Notes under the pieces: generated by a model
What the model saw: the letters and a program-made list of their open reading frames with translations, nothing else
The model's database searches: none
Told to the model about the DNA's origin: nothing
In this document: piece after piece, positions 12,254 to 28,347 of the stretch
Layout of the letters: every line of letters starts with the position of its first letter
How positions within the stretch are numbered: position 1 is the stretch's first letter
Position numbers and translations under genes: made by a program
Assembly (NCBI GenBank): GCA_964016885.1
Contig: OZ024741.1
Location: forward strand, 74,214,001 to 74,278,000
Direction of reading: 5' to 3'
DNA: 64,000 nt
DNA from: Eledone cirrhosa
Lineage: Eukaryota

Positions 12254-13316
12254 AAGTTTTATTTAAATTGTTGGGTTACAACGAGTAAATATTTATAACT
12301 GATATAAAAGCACTCAACAAGTATTTGGAGTATATTTACGATATTAAATAAATGGAAACTATATTTATAAAACCATATTTATTTCATTATATATATTTCA
12401 GGGATATCATATTAAAAATATGGTATGCCTTCATCAGACAAAATACAATATAAACAGTCTTATAAATAAATAGATTTGACATACCTTACAACTTCAACTT
12501 CCATTTAAAAAGTTGATTTGGTAGTGAAAAATGTTAGGGACAGTTATAAAAAGAAAGAAAGAAAACGAAGAAAAAGAAGAAATGCATGCAACGAAAACAG
12601 AGAGAGATAGATATAGAGAGATAGATAGAGAGAAGAAATTCATGTAAAGAAAAAACAGAGAGAGATAGATAGATAGAGAGAGAAAAAAAACACAGAGGGA
12701 GATAGATAGAGAGAGAGAGAGAGAAAAAAATAGAGAGAGATAGATATAGATAGAGATATTTTTCTTTTCTCTCTATGTAACGGCTGTTTTCTCTCCTAAC
12801 CACATATATCTCTCTCTACCTTAATACTAGAACTAAATAAATAAATAAATAAATAAATAAATATATCATTGATACGTCATTCAACTGGTGCCCAACTACC
12901 TATTTTCTTTCTCTCTATCTCTATCTATATCTATCTCTCTCTCTCTCTATCTCCCTCTGTATTTTTTTCCTCTCTCTATCTATCTTTCTCTGTTTTTTCT
13001 TTACATGAATTTCTTCTCTCTATCTATCTCTCTATATCTATCTCTCTCTGTTTTCGTTGCATGCATTTCTTCTTTTTCTTCGTTTTCTTTCTTTCTTTCT
13101 TTTTATAACTGTCCCTAACATTTTTCACTACCAAATCAACTTTTTAAATGGAAGTTGAAGTTGTAAGGTATGTCAAATCTATCTATTTATAAGACTGTTT
13201 ATATTGTATTTTGTCTAATGAAGGCATACCATATTTTTAATATGATATCCCTGAAATATATATAATGAAATAAATATGGTTTTATAAATATAGTTTCCAT
13301 TTATTTAATATCGTAT
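12251..13316 (+). mobile_element. Fold-back PLE-type element: ~410 bp inverted arms (12337-12757 / 12913-13316) plus ~86 bp left-arm tail
   Basis: Long inverted repeat with (TA)n on both flanks. Same family as 39908-40243. Confidence 0.88.
12380..12445 (-). ncRNA. Type I hammerhead ribozyme (mirror copy 13207-13272 + has the core mutated to CTAATGA)
   Basis: On the - strand: TATTTTGT CTGATGA AGG..CCT GAAA TATATA TA ATGAAATA, giving an 8-bp stem I, palindromic stem III and ATA triplet. Confidence 0.75.
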
Positions 13317-13399
13317 ATATATATATACTTAAATATATATATATGTATACGTATATATATATATATATATATATTAAATACAATTAAAAGTATTAAATA

Positions 13400-13880
13400 C
13401 AAAGTAAAAACCTACTACAGTCAGTAGGCATCTCTATCAAAACACACCCCCGTCCCACCACCTCCACCCCACCCACACCGCCCCTTTCAATGTAAAGTTA
13501 TGTTGGTCCCACAACATCCAGGCCGAAACAAATGAGATCGTGTAGGTGTCACGACAAAAAACACACAGTCCACGCTGTAAATGTGGCCGTGTAGGCAACA
13601 CGGTAAAAACCTCCCAGCCCCACACTGTAAATGTGGTTGGTGTTAGGAAGGGCATCCAGCTGTAGAAAACCCGCCAGACAGTCCACGCTGTAATGTGGCC
13701 GTGTAGGCAACACGGTAAAAACCTCCCAGCCCCACACTGTAAATGTGGTTGGTGTTAGGAAGGGCATCCAACTGTAGAAAACCCGCCAGGCAGTCCTATG
13801 CGAGCAAGACAACCACTCTTGCCTCAAGTGGGAAAACCCCCGTCCAAACCCATGCAAGCGTGGAACACGGACGCTAAACC

Positions 13881-13909
<29 letters not shown>
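13400..13909 (+). mobile_element. RTE family 1 3'UTR fragment with internal ~113 bp tandem duplication
   Basis: Reverse complement of 13974-14365. Ends in (GAT)n. The duplicated unit starts at 13566 and 13679. Confidence 0.88.
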
Positions 13910-13911
<2 letters not shown>

Positions 13912-14363
13912 ATATATATATATATATATATATATACTTAAATATATATATATGTATACGTATATATATATATCATCATCATCATCATCATCGTTTAACG
14001 TCCATATTCCACGCTTGCATGGGTTTGGACGGGAGTTTTCCCACTTGAGGCAAGAGTCGTTGTCTTGCTCGCATAGGACTGTCTGGCGGGTTTTCTACGG
14101 CTGGATGCCTTTCCTAACACCAACCACATTTACAGTGTGGAACTGGGAGGTTTTTACCGTGTTACCTACACGGCCACATTACAGCGTGGACTGTGTGTTT
14201 TTTTTGTCGTGACACCTACACGACCTCATTTGTTTCGGCCTGGATGTTGTGGTACCAACATAACTTTACATTGAAAGGGGCGGTGTGGATGGGGTGGGGG
14301 TAGTGGGACGGGGGTGTATTTTGTTAGAGGTGCCTACTGACTGTAGTAGGTTTTACTTTGTAC

Positions 14364-17300
14364 TTAGGTAAGGCTGGTCTTCTCTATTACTGTGTGCCGC
14401 CAAAGATCTCGGTCCAGTGACATTGTCTTGGAGAGGTGTAAGTGTGTGAGGTCAGAATTTATCAAGTCGTCCCAGGTTTTTCTGGGTCTGCCTACTCCGT
14501 GGCTACCGTCTATTTTTATTGCCCTGCACTTTTTTATACAGCTGTCGTCTTTCATGCGCATCACATTACCATACCAACGTAGCCTTCTCTCGAGTAAACA
14601 ACATCTGATCCCTCTTATTTCTAATTTCTCCCTTAGTTCGTTAATGCTTTGCCGTTCACGTATATTACTATTACACATCCAGCGGAGCATGCAAGCTTCG
14701 TTCCTCTCTAGTCTGCGTATATCCTCTGCACACAATGCCCAGGTCTCACTGCCATGCAACATTGCTGTTCGTATGCAGGCATCATACAGCTGCCTTTCAT
14801 TTTTAGGGAGAACCCTTTAGCGGCTAATAGTGGTATAAGCTCTCTGAACTTTTTCCATTCAGTTCTGACTCTAGCTACTGTACTTTCAGAGCACCCTCCC
14901 CCACTGCTGATTTTGTCACCCAGGTAACGGAAGCTGTCCACTATTTCTATAGAACCCTCTGTGCAATTGAAAGAGCTAGTATTCTGTGGGCATTTGCTGC
15001 TACTTATTGCACCAGAGCACCGGCCACATGTAAAATCTATGTTCTTAGTTAGCTTACCTGTGATCCCACTACATCTTTTATGCACCCATACTTTGCATTT
15101 GGGACATAAAATGGAGTTTCTACCTACTCCTTTCCTACACACTGAGCATGGCCATTTCCCGGATGGGACCGGCGCCCTATTTTCCTTCCTACAAACTAGA
15201 ACTTTAGTCTTAGACAGGTTAATTTTAAGGCCTTTTGATTCTAGGCCGTGCTTCCATGTTTGGAATTTCTTCTCTAGTTCGGCCATTGATTCAGCTATGA
15301 GCGTTAGATCATCTGCGTATAGGAGTTCCCATGGGCAGCCGGTCTTGAACTCCACTGTTATAGCCTGAAGGGAAATAATAAATAGTAGGGGGCTAAGAAC
15401 GGAGCCCTGATGAACACCAACTTTTACGCTAAACTCTTCACTATATTCGTTGTTAATTCTAACCTTGCTGACTGTTTCTTTATATATTGCTTGTATAGCT
15501 CTCACAAGCCATTCATCAACACCTAGTTTTCTAAGAGCCCACCAGATAATGGAATGGGGGACTCTGTCAAAGGCTTTCTCCAAGTCGACAAAAGCTAAGT
15601 ATAGGGGTTTACTTTTAGCTAGGTACTTCTCCTGTAGTTGTCGTACAATGAAAAGAGTGTCTGTGTTACTTTTGCCTGACACAAACCCGAACTGCATTTC
15701 ATCTAGATCAATTCTCTCTCTGATTAGTTGCGCTATTACTTTTTCCGTGACCTTCATGACCTGGTCGATTAAGTTAATGCCTCTATAGTTACTCCTATCT
15801 AGGGCATCTCCTTTACCCTTGTAGCAGTTAATGATGATACTGCTACGCCAGTCCTTTGGAACAACCCCATTCTGTATGACTTGGTTTACTATCCGGGTGA
15901 CCATGGTGTGTCCCACCATTCCAGAGGCTTTCAGCATTTCAGCAACTATTTCCGAAGGCCCAGCTGCCTTACCCGTCTTCATATCTTTGATTGCCTTACT
16001 TATTATACTACCTTCGACTAACACTGCTGGTCCCTCTATTGGGTCGATGTGGGGGGGGGACTGTCTTTCTCCCATTTATTCTCCTCATTTAGTAGCCTTT
16101 CGTAGTGACACTTCCAAGCTACCTTCTTATCAGCATCAGTGATGGCAAGTACCGCATCATCATTAAGTACACACTTCTCCCCAACAATATCACGGTTTTC
16201 CTTGACACATTGCCTAGCAATCCTGAACACCTCGCGTTTTTGGTCCTCGCGTTGTAGAACATGCTTGAACTTTCTTTCCTCTGCTTCCCTTCTTGTGAAG
16301 TACACTTGTCTCCTAGCTTCCCTCCTGGCCACTTGATAGTCTTCTCTACTTCCCCCATCCCGCCATACTTTCCAAGCCTGCTTTTTGGCCTTAATTGACT
16401 CCTCCACCTTACTGTTCCACCACCATGTTACTCTCCTCCTGCCTATAGGCCTGCTCCAGCCACAGACTTCGTCTGCCGCCATCAGCAGGTTTGCTTTCAG
16501 GAATTCCCACTGTTCCTCTATATTGTACGACTCTAAATGCTCTTCCTTACTGTCGAAAGCATCAAGTAATATGCTTTGAAATTTATTTCTGGCTGTGGGG
16601 TCCTTTAGCTTCCATATTTTTCTCCTGAGGATAGTCCTCTTCTGCTGTCGATTATGTCTCGTCCTGACTATGAGGTCGCTAATTATGAGTCTATGTTGGG
16701 AGGTGCATTCTTCATGGGGGAGGGATTTAGTGTTTACAACAGACATTCTGTCACATCTTCTGGTAAGGATATAATCTACCTGGCTGGTATGTTCCCCTGA
16801 TCTGTAGGTGATCAAGTGATTATCTCGTTTTTTGAAGTTAGTGTTACAGATAATTAGGTTATTTGCGTCACAGAATTCCAGGATTCTGGAGCCTTCCTCA
16901 TTTCTAGTACTAAACCCATAGCCTCCGTGGATTCCATCATAGCCGTCACAATGTTGTCCAACGTGACCATTTAGGTCGCCAGCAATAATTATATAGTCAC
17001 TGTCGGTTATTTGGGAGGTAGTGAGCATCAGTGTCTCATAGAAACTGTCTTTTATAGCGCCAGGCAGTCCGGATTGGGGCGCGTATGCAGATATTACCGT
17101 CACAGTAGTTCTATTTAGAACAAGTCTTATTTTAATTATTCTGTCATTCACTCTATTTACGTCTATTATCTTATCCACCCATTTTTCTGCTAACATGATT
17201 TCTACCCCACCCAGCCCATTGTCATTTCCCACCCAGAAAAGCTTATAGCATCGTTTTTTAGCCACAATGAATCTAGCAGACCTGCCCCTCCACCTGGTCT

Positions 17301-17544
17301 CTTGGATACAGCAAACATCAACCTCCTTACGTTCAAGCATTTCTACCACCTCGTTAGAGCGGCCTTTTAAGGTGCCTACATTCATGGTACCAACTCTGAA
17401 GTTTTGGATTGCGTTTGATGGGTGGGGCTCAGGGAGGGGTGAGGTGGATGGGGTTGGGGTTATGTTGGCCATCCGCGGCCGCAACAAAGAGGAGGGGGCC
17501 TTGCCCTTTCGTCCGGCAGCAGAATTTGTCGTTATCTTTGGCAT
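14364..17544 (-). pseudogene. RTE APE endonuclease-reverse transcriptase polyprotein, frameshifted near 16055 and 14790
   Basis: Three overlapping ORFs jointly cover the single RTE ORF. The first frameshift is in a G run at 16051-16059. Confidence 0.9.
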
Positions 17545-17705
17545 TGTCTTCGGGTATCCAGATTCTTCAGACTCTCCAGAAATTCCTTAGTCCATCCATC
17601 ATATCGAAAAGAAACCAGAAGTGATAGCATAGGCCGGTGACTTGTGATTGGTCCAAATAAGGTGGGGAGTGGGGGCAGGAGGGAGGGGTATGGGGTAGTT
17701 AGCGA

Positions 17706-18060
17706 GGAGCAGGCTTATTTATATTTGGTGCGTAGGGAGTGAGAGGGAGTGAGAGACCGACGTATATGATAGAGAGAGAGTGGGGGTGAAAGCGATTTTA
17801 GAGGGCCGAGAGAGAGAGAAGCCATTTCTATGAATCCTGGAAAAATTTTTCGGCCAAAATGGTAGCGAGAAGATTATTTAGAACGTGGAGCAGGCTTATT
17901 TATATTTGGTGCGTAGGGAGTGAGAGAGTGACATATATAATAGAGAGAGAGTGGGGGTGAAAGCGATTTTAGAGGGCCGACAGAGAGAGAGGCCATTTCT
18001 ATGAATCCTGGAAAAATTTTTCGGCCAAAATGGTAGCGAGAAGATTATTTAGAATGACGT
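17706..18060 (-). repeat. Tandem ~180 bp monomers in the RTE 5'UTR (putative internal promoter units)
   Basis: Units 17706-17886 and 17887-18060. Each carries TATAAATA and a CCATTTT (YY1-like) motif on the element's sense strand. Confidence 0.75.
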
Positions 18061-18291
18061 GGAGAAGATTTTTAGAACAGTGAGACAGAATTATAGAAAA
18101 ACAATTATGAATAAGATTTTGATTCTGGGCGATTATAGATATATGGATGAATGAACCGAAGGGTGGGGATGTAAGAAGAAAATGTTATTTATACGTTACA
18201 TTTCTTAGAAGCAGACTGACCATCAATATATGTATACGTATATATATATGAACACGTATATACGTATATATATATACGTATATATATATAC

Positions 18292-18368
<77 letters not shown>

Positions 18369-18409
18369 CATCTATATATATATATATATATATATATACA
18401 TCTATATAC

Positions 18410-18464
<55 letters not shown>

Positions 18465-18475
18465 CATCTATATAC

Positions 18476-18547
<72 letters not shown>

Positions 18548-18891
18548 GGAGGCACATGGCTTAGTGGTTAGAGCATTGGCCTTGCAATCGAAAGGTTGTG
18601 AGTTCAATTCTCAGACCGGGTGATGTGTTGTTTCCTTGAGCAAGACACTTTATTTCACATTGCTCCAGTTTACTCAGCTGTAGAAATGAGATGATAGGGA
18701 CTGGGGTCCCTATCATTCCACTGCAAAGTGGTCGTGGAGGTGCCACGGCAAAAAAGCACCCAGCACTCACTGTAAATGAGGTTGGTGTTAGGAAGGGCAT
18801 CCAGCTGTAGAAATCAAGCCAGAATCAGTTCCCGTCCCACCCTTGCAAGCAGGGAGAGGCAGACGTAAAATGATGATGATGATGATGATGA
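18548..18891 (+). mobile_element. tRNA-derived SINE with RTE-type 3' tail, full length
   Basis: A box TGGCTTAGTGG, B box GTTCAATTC, central CCTTGAGCAAGACACTT core, 3' GTTGGTGTTAGGAAGGGCATCCAGCTGTAGAAA shared with the RTE 3'UTR, (GAT)n tail. Confidence 0.9.
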
Positions 18892-18999
18892 TATATATAC
18901 GTATATATATATATATATATATATATTTATACTTAAATATATATATATGTATACGTATATATATATATATATATGAACACATATATATATATATATACG

Positions 19000-19028
<29 letters not shown>

Positions 19029-19032
<4 letters not shown>

Positions 19033-19388
19033 ATAAACGTGCTGCGTGGTTGCAGATGGGTTACATATGAATAAAGTTAGTCCTTCATCAGTGATCTTCC
19101 AACCATCATTGGTATTTCATCGCTTTAAAGACCATAAACCTCCGGTTGGTGCGAGCAACGGCTAAAAAAAGTCGTTGGGACACGTTAGTAAAGGGGGCAC
19201 GAGAGTGTAAACAAACAAAGATGGTGAAGCAACGAAAAGTGAGGAAGAACGAGTCAAGTCCCAAATTTCCATGAATATAAGTTCGGTGAAATCGTGAACA
19301 AGAGAGAATAAAGACCATCAAACCTGGTTGGAATGTGAGCAAGGAAGGAATTCCGTACAGGTCTAACGGGAGGAAGAAGGAATCTAGT
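19029..19388 (-). mobile_element. Diverged copy of the 38 kb fold-back family, single arm with tail
   Basis: Aligns by eye with 38015-38255 and with the tail at 38393-38420. Confidence 0.75.
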
Positions 19389-19615
19389 ATCATCATCATC
19401 ATCATCATTTCATTTTACGTCCACTTTTCCCTGCTTGCAAGGGTGGGACGGGAACTGATTCTGGCTTGATTTCTACAGCTGGATGCCCTTCCTAACACCA
19501 ACCTCATTTACAGTGAGTGCTGGGTGCTTTTTTGCCGTGGCACCTACACGTCCACTTTTCAGTGGAATGATAGGGAACCCAGTCCCTATCATCTCATTTC
19601 TACAGCTGAGTAAAC
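19389..19615 (-). mobile_element. SINE 3' half (same family as 18548)
   Basis: Reverse complement of ~18665-18890. Confidence 0.88.
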
Positions 19616-19656
19616 TGTATATATATAGTTATGTAATAAACAACATAAGGCAATTA

Positions 19657-19715
19657 TTCCATTTACCAGTGGTTTCTTAAAAGCAAAAAATTTGCTTTCA
19701 ATCATCAGAATGAAA
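19657..19715 (-). ncRNA. Type I hammerhead ribozyme in a probable pLTR remnant (~19625-20515)
   Basis: On the - strand: TTTCATT CTGATGA TTGAAAGCAAA-TTT-TTTGCTTTTAA GAAA CCA-C-TGG TA AATGGAA, with an 11-bp stem II and GTA triplet. Confidence 0.85.
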
Positions 19716-20329
19716 AAGTCCTGGTGTTGATATTGGATTCTAAAATCAAAAATGCAATCTATATGAAAGTGAGGCTGGAAAGGAAAAATAAAATAAAAAC
19801 ACACATGCAATCACACACACACACACACACAATTATATACATACACACACATATATATACATACACACACACATATACACATATATATGTGTATATATAT
19901 ACATACACATACATACATACACACATAAATATCAACATATCCATACATATACATACATATATACAACCACACACATATATATACATATATATATATGCAT
20001 ACACATACACATACACAAAAATAGAAAAATATACACACACCTCTACATATTCACACACGCAAATAAATATAAGAAAAAATATATATAATAATAAAAAAAA
20101 GAAAATAAAGACTATTATAAAGTTGACAGCGATACAGGCAACAAATAAATGAACACACGTGGTAAGCAATACACACAAATGCACGTACACATACATACGT
20201 AAAAATAAATACATACACACACTCTCACACATAAATATACATATACAAATACATACACACATACATACGCATACACACACACACACATATACATATATAC
20301 ACACACATATACATACATACACACATATA

Positions 20330-20371
<42 letters not shown>

Positions 20372-20637
20372 CACATGCATACATAGCCATACAATTATAC
20401 ACATACAAATACGTACATATCACAAACACGCACAACCAAATACAAACACACATATATATATATGTGTGTAAAACTCATTCTTAGATAATTCATATGAACC
20501 TTATTTAACTCTAAAATATACATATATATATATATATATACATACACATACATACACACTTACTAACATACACATATATACCTACACACACACATATATA
20601 TATATATATACGTATATATATATATATATATATATAC

Positions 20638-20683
<46 letters not shown>

Positions 20684-20721
20684 TTGGTAGAGTCCATAAC
20701 ACCAATCAAACCCCTTTTGTA

Positions 20722-20766
20722 GCTCTGACGAATCCTACGGTTACGTAAGGAAGAAACATTGTAAGC
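20722..20766 (+). ncRNA. Type I hammerhead ribozyme in a ~130 bp island between (TA)n tracts
   Basis: GCT CTGACGA A-TCCT-ACG-GTTA-CGT-A-AGGA-A GAAA CA-T-TG TA AGC. Confidence 0.78.
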
Positions 20767-20898
20767 CAATAAAAATCTTTTGATGTTGTAGACGCTCTTG
20801 TGTTCTTTATCATATACGTATATATATATATATTTGTCCCACCCTTGCAAGCAGGGAAAAGCGGACGTAAAATGATGATGATGATGATGATGATGATG

Positions 20899-20932
<34 letters not shown>

Positions 20933-20935
<3 letters not shown>

Positions 20936-21083
20936 CGTTTCTGAATTTGTTTAGCAAGATTCTTTATCTGAAAACGTGTGTTGAAACCGATATTGTTATA
21001 CTTTGGGAGGGTCATGTTGCCAATAAGAAACTGGTGCGTGTGTTTCTTATTGGCAACATGACCCTCCCAAAGTATAACAATAT
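20933..21083 (+). mobile_element. Miniature fold-back element: 42 bp perfect arms (20990-21031 / 21042-21083) plus ~55 bp left tail
   Basis: ATATTGTTATACTTTGGGAGGGTCATGTTGCCAATAAGAAAC and its exact reverse complement, with (TA)n on both sides. Confidence 0.8.
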
Positions 21084-21117
21084 ATATATATAAATATATA
21101 CGTATATATATATATAT

Positions 21118-24414
<3,297 letters not shown>

Positions 24415-24680
24415 TTTCAAAACTTGAATTTATGGTCTTTTGCAATGGAGGACAAGTAAGCGTAAAATGTAAATTTTAAATAGATTGCTTTGGAAGAATA
24501 TATGGAATATTTCTGTAGCTCTCACAGCTTTTCTCAGAACCTTTCCCGGCTTCCAATGAGTGAAAATTATTGTTGTATTTTGGTCTTTCAGAATAAGAAA
24601 ATTAATAAAAACTTACCCCCACGAAAAACCGTGTGTTGTCCTATCAATGAGCTACCTATAAATGTATATATATATATATA

Positions 24681-25492
24681 TATAAACAAGGTTTAGCAAA
24701 TAATGAAAAAGTTTCAAAATAAATTTTAAAAAATTGACTTTACCTACTATAGTTACCTTTACCGATCGGTTTCGAATCCCAAAAATAAACGGAGACCATA
24801 CGGCCTTCGTTGCAAAGAAAGATTCTCGTCAGAAGGTTCTTTTCATTCAAAGAATATAAAATTCCTGAATTTAAATTACGGACTAGCGCTATCAAAACTG
24901 TTCCTAGGATGAGAGTGGATGATGTAGAAACAGGTTTATCAAGGGCCGAAGTAAAGATAGAGGCAGAAGGAGGTAGGTCAAACCAGCCACAGCTATCACT
25001 AGCAGCAGTCGGAGCGACCAAATTTTTATATCTCCTCTAAGTTGAGAACAAATTTGGTCGCTCCGACTGCTGCTAGTGATAGCTGTGGCTGGTTTGACCT
25101 ACCTCCTTCTGCCTCTATCTTTACTTCGGCCCTTGATAAACCTGTTTCTACATCATCCACTCTCATCCCAGGAACAGTTTTGATAGCGCTAGTCCGTAAT
25201 TTAAATTCAGGAATTTTATATTCTTTGAATGAAAAGAACCTTCTGACGAGAATCTTTCTTTGCAACGAAGGCCGTATGGTCTCCGTTTTATTTTTGGGAT
25301 TCGAAACCGATCGGTAAAGGTAACTATAGTAGGTAAAGTCAATTTTTTAAAATTTATTTTGAAACTTTTTCATTATTTGCTAAACCTTGTTTATATTTGT
25401 TCTGGCTCGTTAATTTATTAACCTGCCATTTGGTTGGACAATACATGCGTACCTTAGCGCCTTGTGCGTGAAGGAACACATATCCTATTACT
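24681..25492 (-). mobile_element. Fold-back non-coding element: ~345 bp arms (24681-25026 / 25049-25395) plus ~97 bp right-arm tail
   Basis: Almost perfect inverted repeat with (TA)n flanks and a hammerhead in each arm. A relative lies at 34497-34916. Confidence 0.88.
25238..25321 (+). ncRNA. Type I hammerhead ribozyme with extended stem II (mirror copy 24755-24837 -)
   Basis: ACCTT CTGACGA GAATCTT..(39 nt)..GGGATTC GAAA CCGATCGG TA AAGGT. Canonical core, palindromic stem III, GTA triplet. Confidence 0.88.
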
Positions 25493-25515
25493 ATATATAT
25501 ATATATATATAAACG

Positions 25516-25579
<64 letters not shown>

Positions 25580-25635
25580 AACGTATCTCTCTCTCGCTCT
25601 ATATATATATATATATATATATATACACAAACGTA

Positions 25636-25718
<83 letters not shown>

Positions 25719-25936
25719 GTATATATATATATATATACGTATATATATATATATATAAATAGGTATATATATATATATATACGTATATATATATAGGTAT
25801 ATATATATATATATATATGTATATATACGTATATATCTACATACACACACATATATATATATATATATATACTTAAATATATATATATATGTATACGTAT
25901 ATATATATATATATATATATACGTATATATCTACAT

Positions 25937-25996
<60 letters not shown>

Positions 25997-25998
25997 AC

Positions 25999-26040
<42 letters not shown>

Positions 26041-26333
26041 ACGTATATATATATATATATACGTATATATATATATATACTTAAATATATATATATATGT
26101 ATACGTATATATATATATATACTTAAATATATATATATATGTATACGTATATATATATATATACTTAAATATATATATGTATACGTATATATATATATAT
26201 ACTTAAATATGTATACGTATATATATATATATGTATACGTATATATATATATATATATATATATACTTAAATATATATATATGTATACGTATATATATGT
26301 ATACGTATATATATGTATACGTATATATATACG

Positions 26334-26382
<49 letters not shown>

Positions 26383-26410
26383 GTATATATATATATATAT
26401 ATATATATAC

Positions 26411-26494
<84 letters not shown>

Positions 26495-26512
26495 GTATAT
26501 ATATATATATAC

Positions 26513-26569
<57 letters not shown>
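25493..26569. repeat. Compound (TA)n/(TC)n microsatellite array with recurrent variant cassettes
   Basis: (TA)n interrupted by ACGT, AGGT, ACTTAAAT and GTATACGT. Confidence 0.95.
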
Positions 26570-26572
<3 letters not shown>

Positions 26573-27808
26573 GCTGTTCATGGAGCAAGCAATACTCCTC
26601 CCAACAAGAGGCGAAAATGTCCTGGACCTCTGTTTTACAAACAACGAAGTGCTCATCCACAATGTAAAGGTGACACCAACAATTCTCTCGGATCATAACT
26701 TAGTAGAGCTAATGATATGTGGTCCAAGAGAACCAACAGAGACCACCAAGAAGCTCCGGGACGTTATCCAGCCTTAACTTATATATATACGTATATATAT
26801 ATATATATAACTTAGTAGAGCTAAGGGACGTTATCCAGCCTTAACTTCTACAAGGCTAACTGGAAAAAGATTAAGAGAGAAATCCGGAAGCAAACATGGA
26901 GTGAAAACACCGCCACACAAGACACTAACACACAATTTCAACACTTCATGACAACGATACACACTATATGCAAAAAGTTTGTCCCGGAGAAAGAGGCAGA
27001 CAGACACAAAAATCTTATTCCCAGAGATAGGAAAATCCTTATGAGACGTAGAACTAAACTCTCAAACCAGTTGAATAGCCAACAAAACAAAAACAAGAAG
27101 GAATCCTATTTGAAATGTGCATTACTTGGCACCGAGATTGCACTCAAGCTTTCCCATGAGAATGAGAGGGCAAAGAAAGAGAACAGGGCCATAGAAAACA
27201 TTAAAACAAACCCTAACGCCTTCTTTAAATTTGCAAAAGAAACTGCTTCAGTACACTGCAAGATTGGGCCACTCTTCCACACGGACGGTTCATTAACCGA
27301 AAACCCCCAAGAGATATGTGAAATACTGAACGAACAGTACAAAAGTTGCTCACATGTCCACTGAGGCACATGCAAATAACGAAGCCAGAGGAGTTCTTTG
27401 ATGCCACAACACTACATGAAGAAATGGCAACCATCAACCACATAGACATAACGGAGGAAGATGTGGTGTACGCCATTAATGAAATTAGAACAGACTCGGC
27501 TGCTGGACCTGATGGATTCCCAGCAGTTCTCTTAAAAATATGTAAGCGGGCCTAGCAACTCCACTGAAGATGCTCTTCAGAAGCTCCTTGGCTAGCGCGT
27601 ACTACCCGGGGAGCTGAAAGAAGGCACAATATGCCCTATCCATAAAGGAGGTAGCAGAGCGGAGGCCAAAAACTATAGGCCAGTCTCCCTGACGTCGCAT
27701 ATCAGTAAGGTCATGGAACGAGTCATCAGAAAGAAACTGATCACTTTCCTCGAGGAAAATGACCGCCTGACTAGCACGCAACATGGCTTCCGCCCAGGAA
27801 GAAACTGC
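26570..27808 (+). mobile_element. CR1-like LINE ORF2 internal fragment (same family as 41623-45456), with stops
   Basis: [48 protein letters not shown]. Nearly identical to 42960-44085 on the - strand. Confidence 0.93.
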
Positions 27809-27809
27809 T

Positions 27810-28296
27810 ATATCAAAAATATTACAAATGAGAAGCATTTGTAATATTTTTGATATTTTTGGTGTTTCTCCACACACGGGCTTCTATATCGTACAGGTGT
27901 GTGTAAATAATGCTTAACCAGTTCACCCCCATGATGCTCTTGATTGCCTGCTTTGACTGCTTGTTTTACTTGTAACAATCTGCCGAAAAATTCCTTTATT
28001 CAGGGGAAAAAGCTTTTAGTATTCCTTTGTATTAGAAAATGGTCATAGGCAAACCGCACCTGCCAAGCTTGTAAACAATTATTTTTATCTGAAGGATTTT
28101 TCTACGTCCATCCCAAAATTATTCCTTTGTTCAACACACACATATGTGCGTATATACGTACATACACAAACGGGCATATGTAGGAATATATAGGCACACA
28201 CCCATGTACATATACATCCACATAAATACATAAAAACATATAAAAACACATATACACATACGTACACACACGAATATGTACTCATACCTCCACATG

Positions 28297-28347
<51 letters not shown>

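Larger units (their letters stand above)
13974..18225 (-). mobile_element. Near full-length RTE-clade LINE (family 1): 5'UTR, APE-RT ORF with two frameshifts, 3'UTR, (GAT)n tail
   Basis: ORF 17544-16036 (GTMNVGTL, CIQETRW, SAYAPQ, GDLNGH, VDYI, SQHR), then 16075-14708 (RT motifs, LYADD, PHD finger), then 14762-14364 (LRWYG, GRPRKTW). Confidence 0.96.

Noticed and set aside
14392-17624. Plus-strand ORFs overlapping the RTE (and similar ones over other LINEs)
   Set aside because: Antisense shadows of the retroelement ORFs with no independent motifs.
18548-18620. tRNA gene (GCA anticodon-like loop)
   Set aside because: The acceptor stem is not formed and it continues into a SINE body, so it is a SINE head.
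24740-25317. Mirror-image 76-93 aa ORFs
   Set aside because: Produced by the inverted repeat. The frame is not preserved in the 34.6 kb relative and no domain is recognisable.
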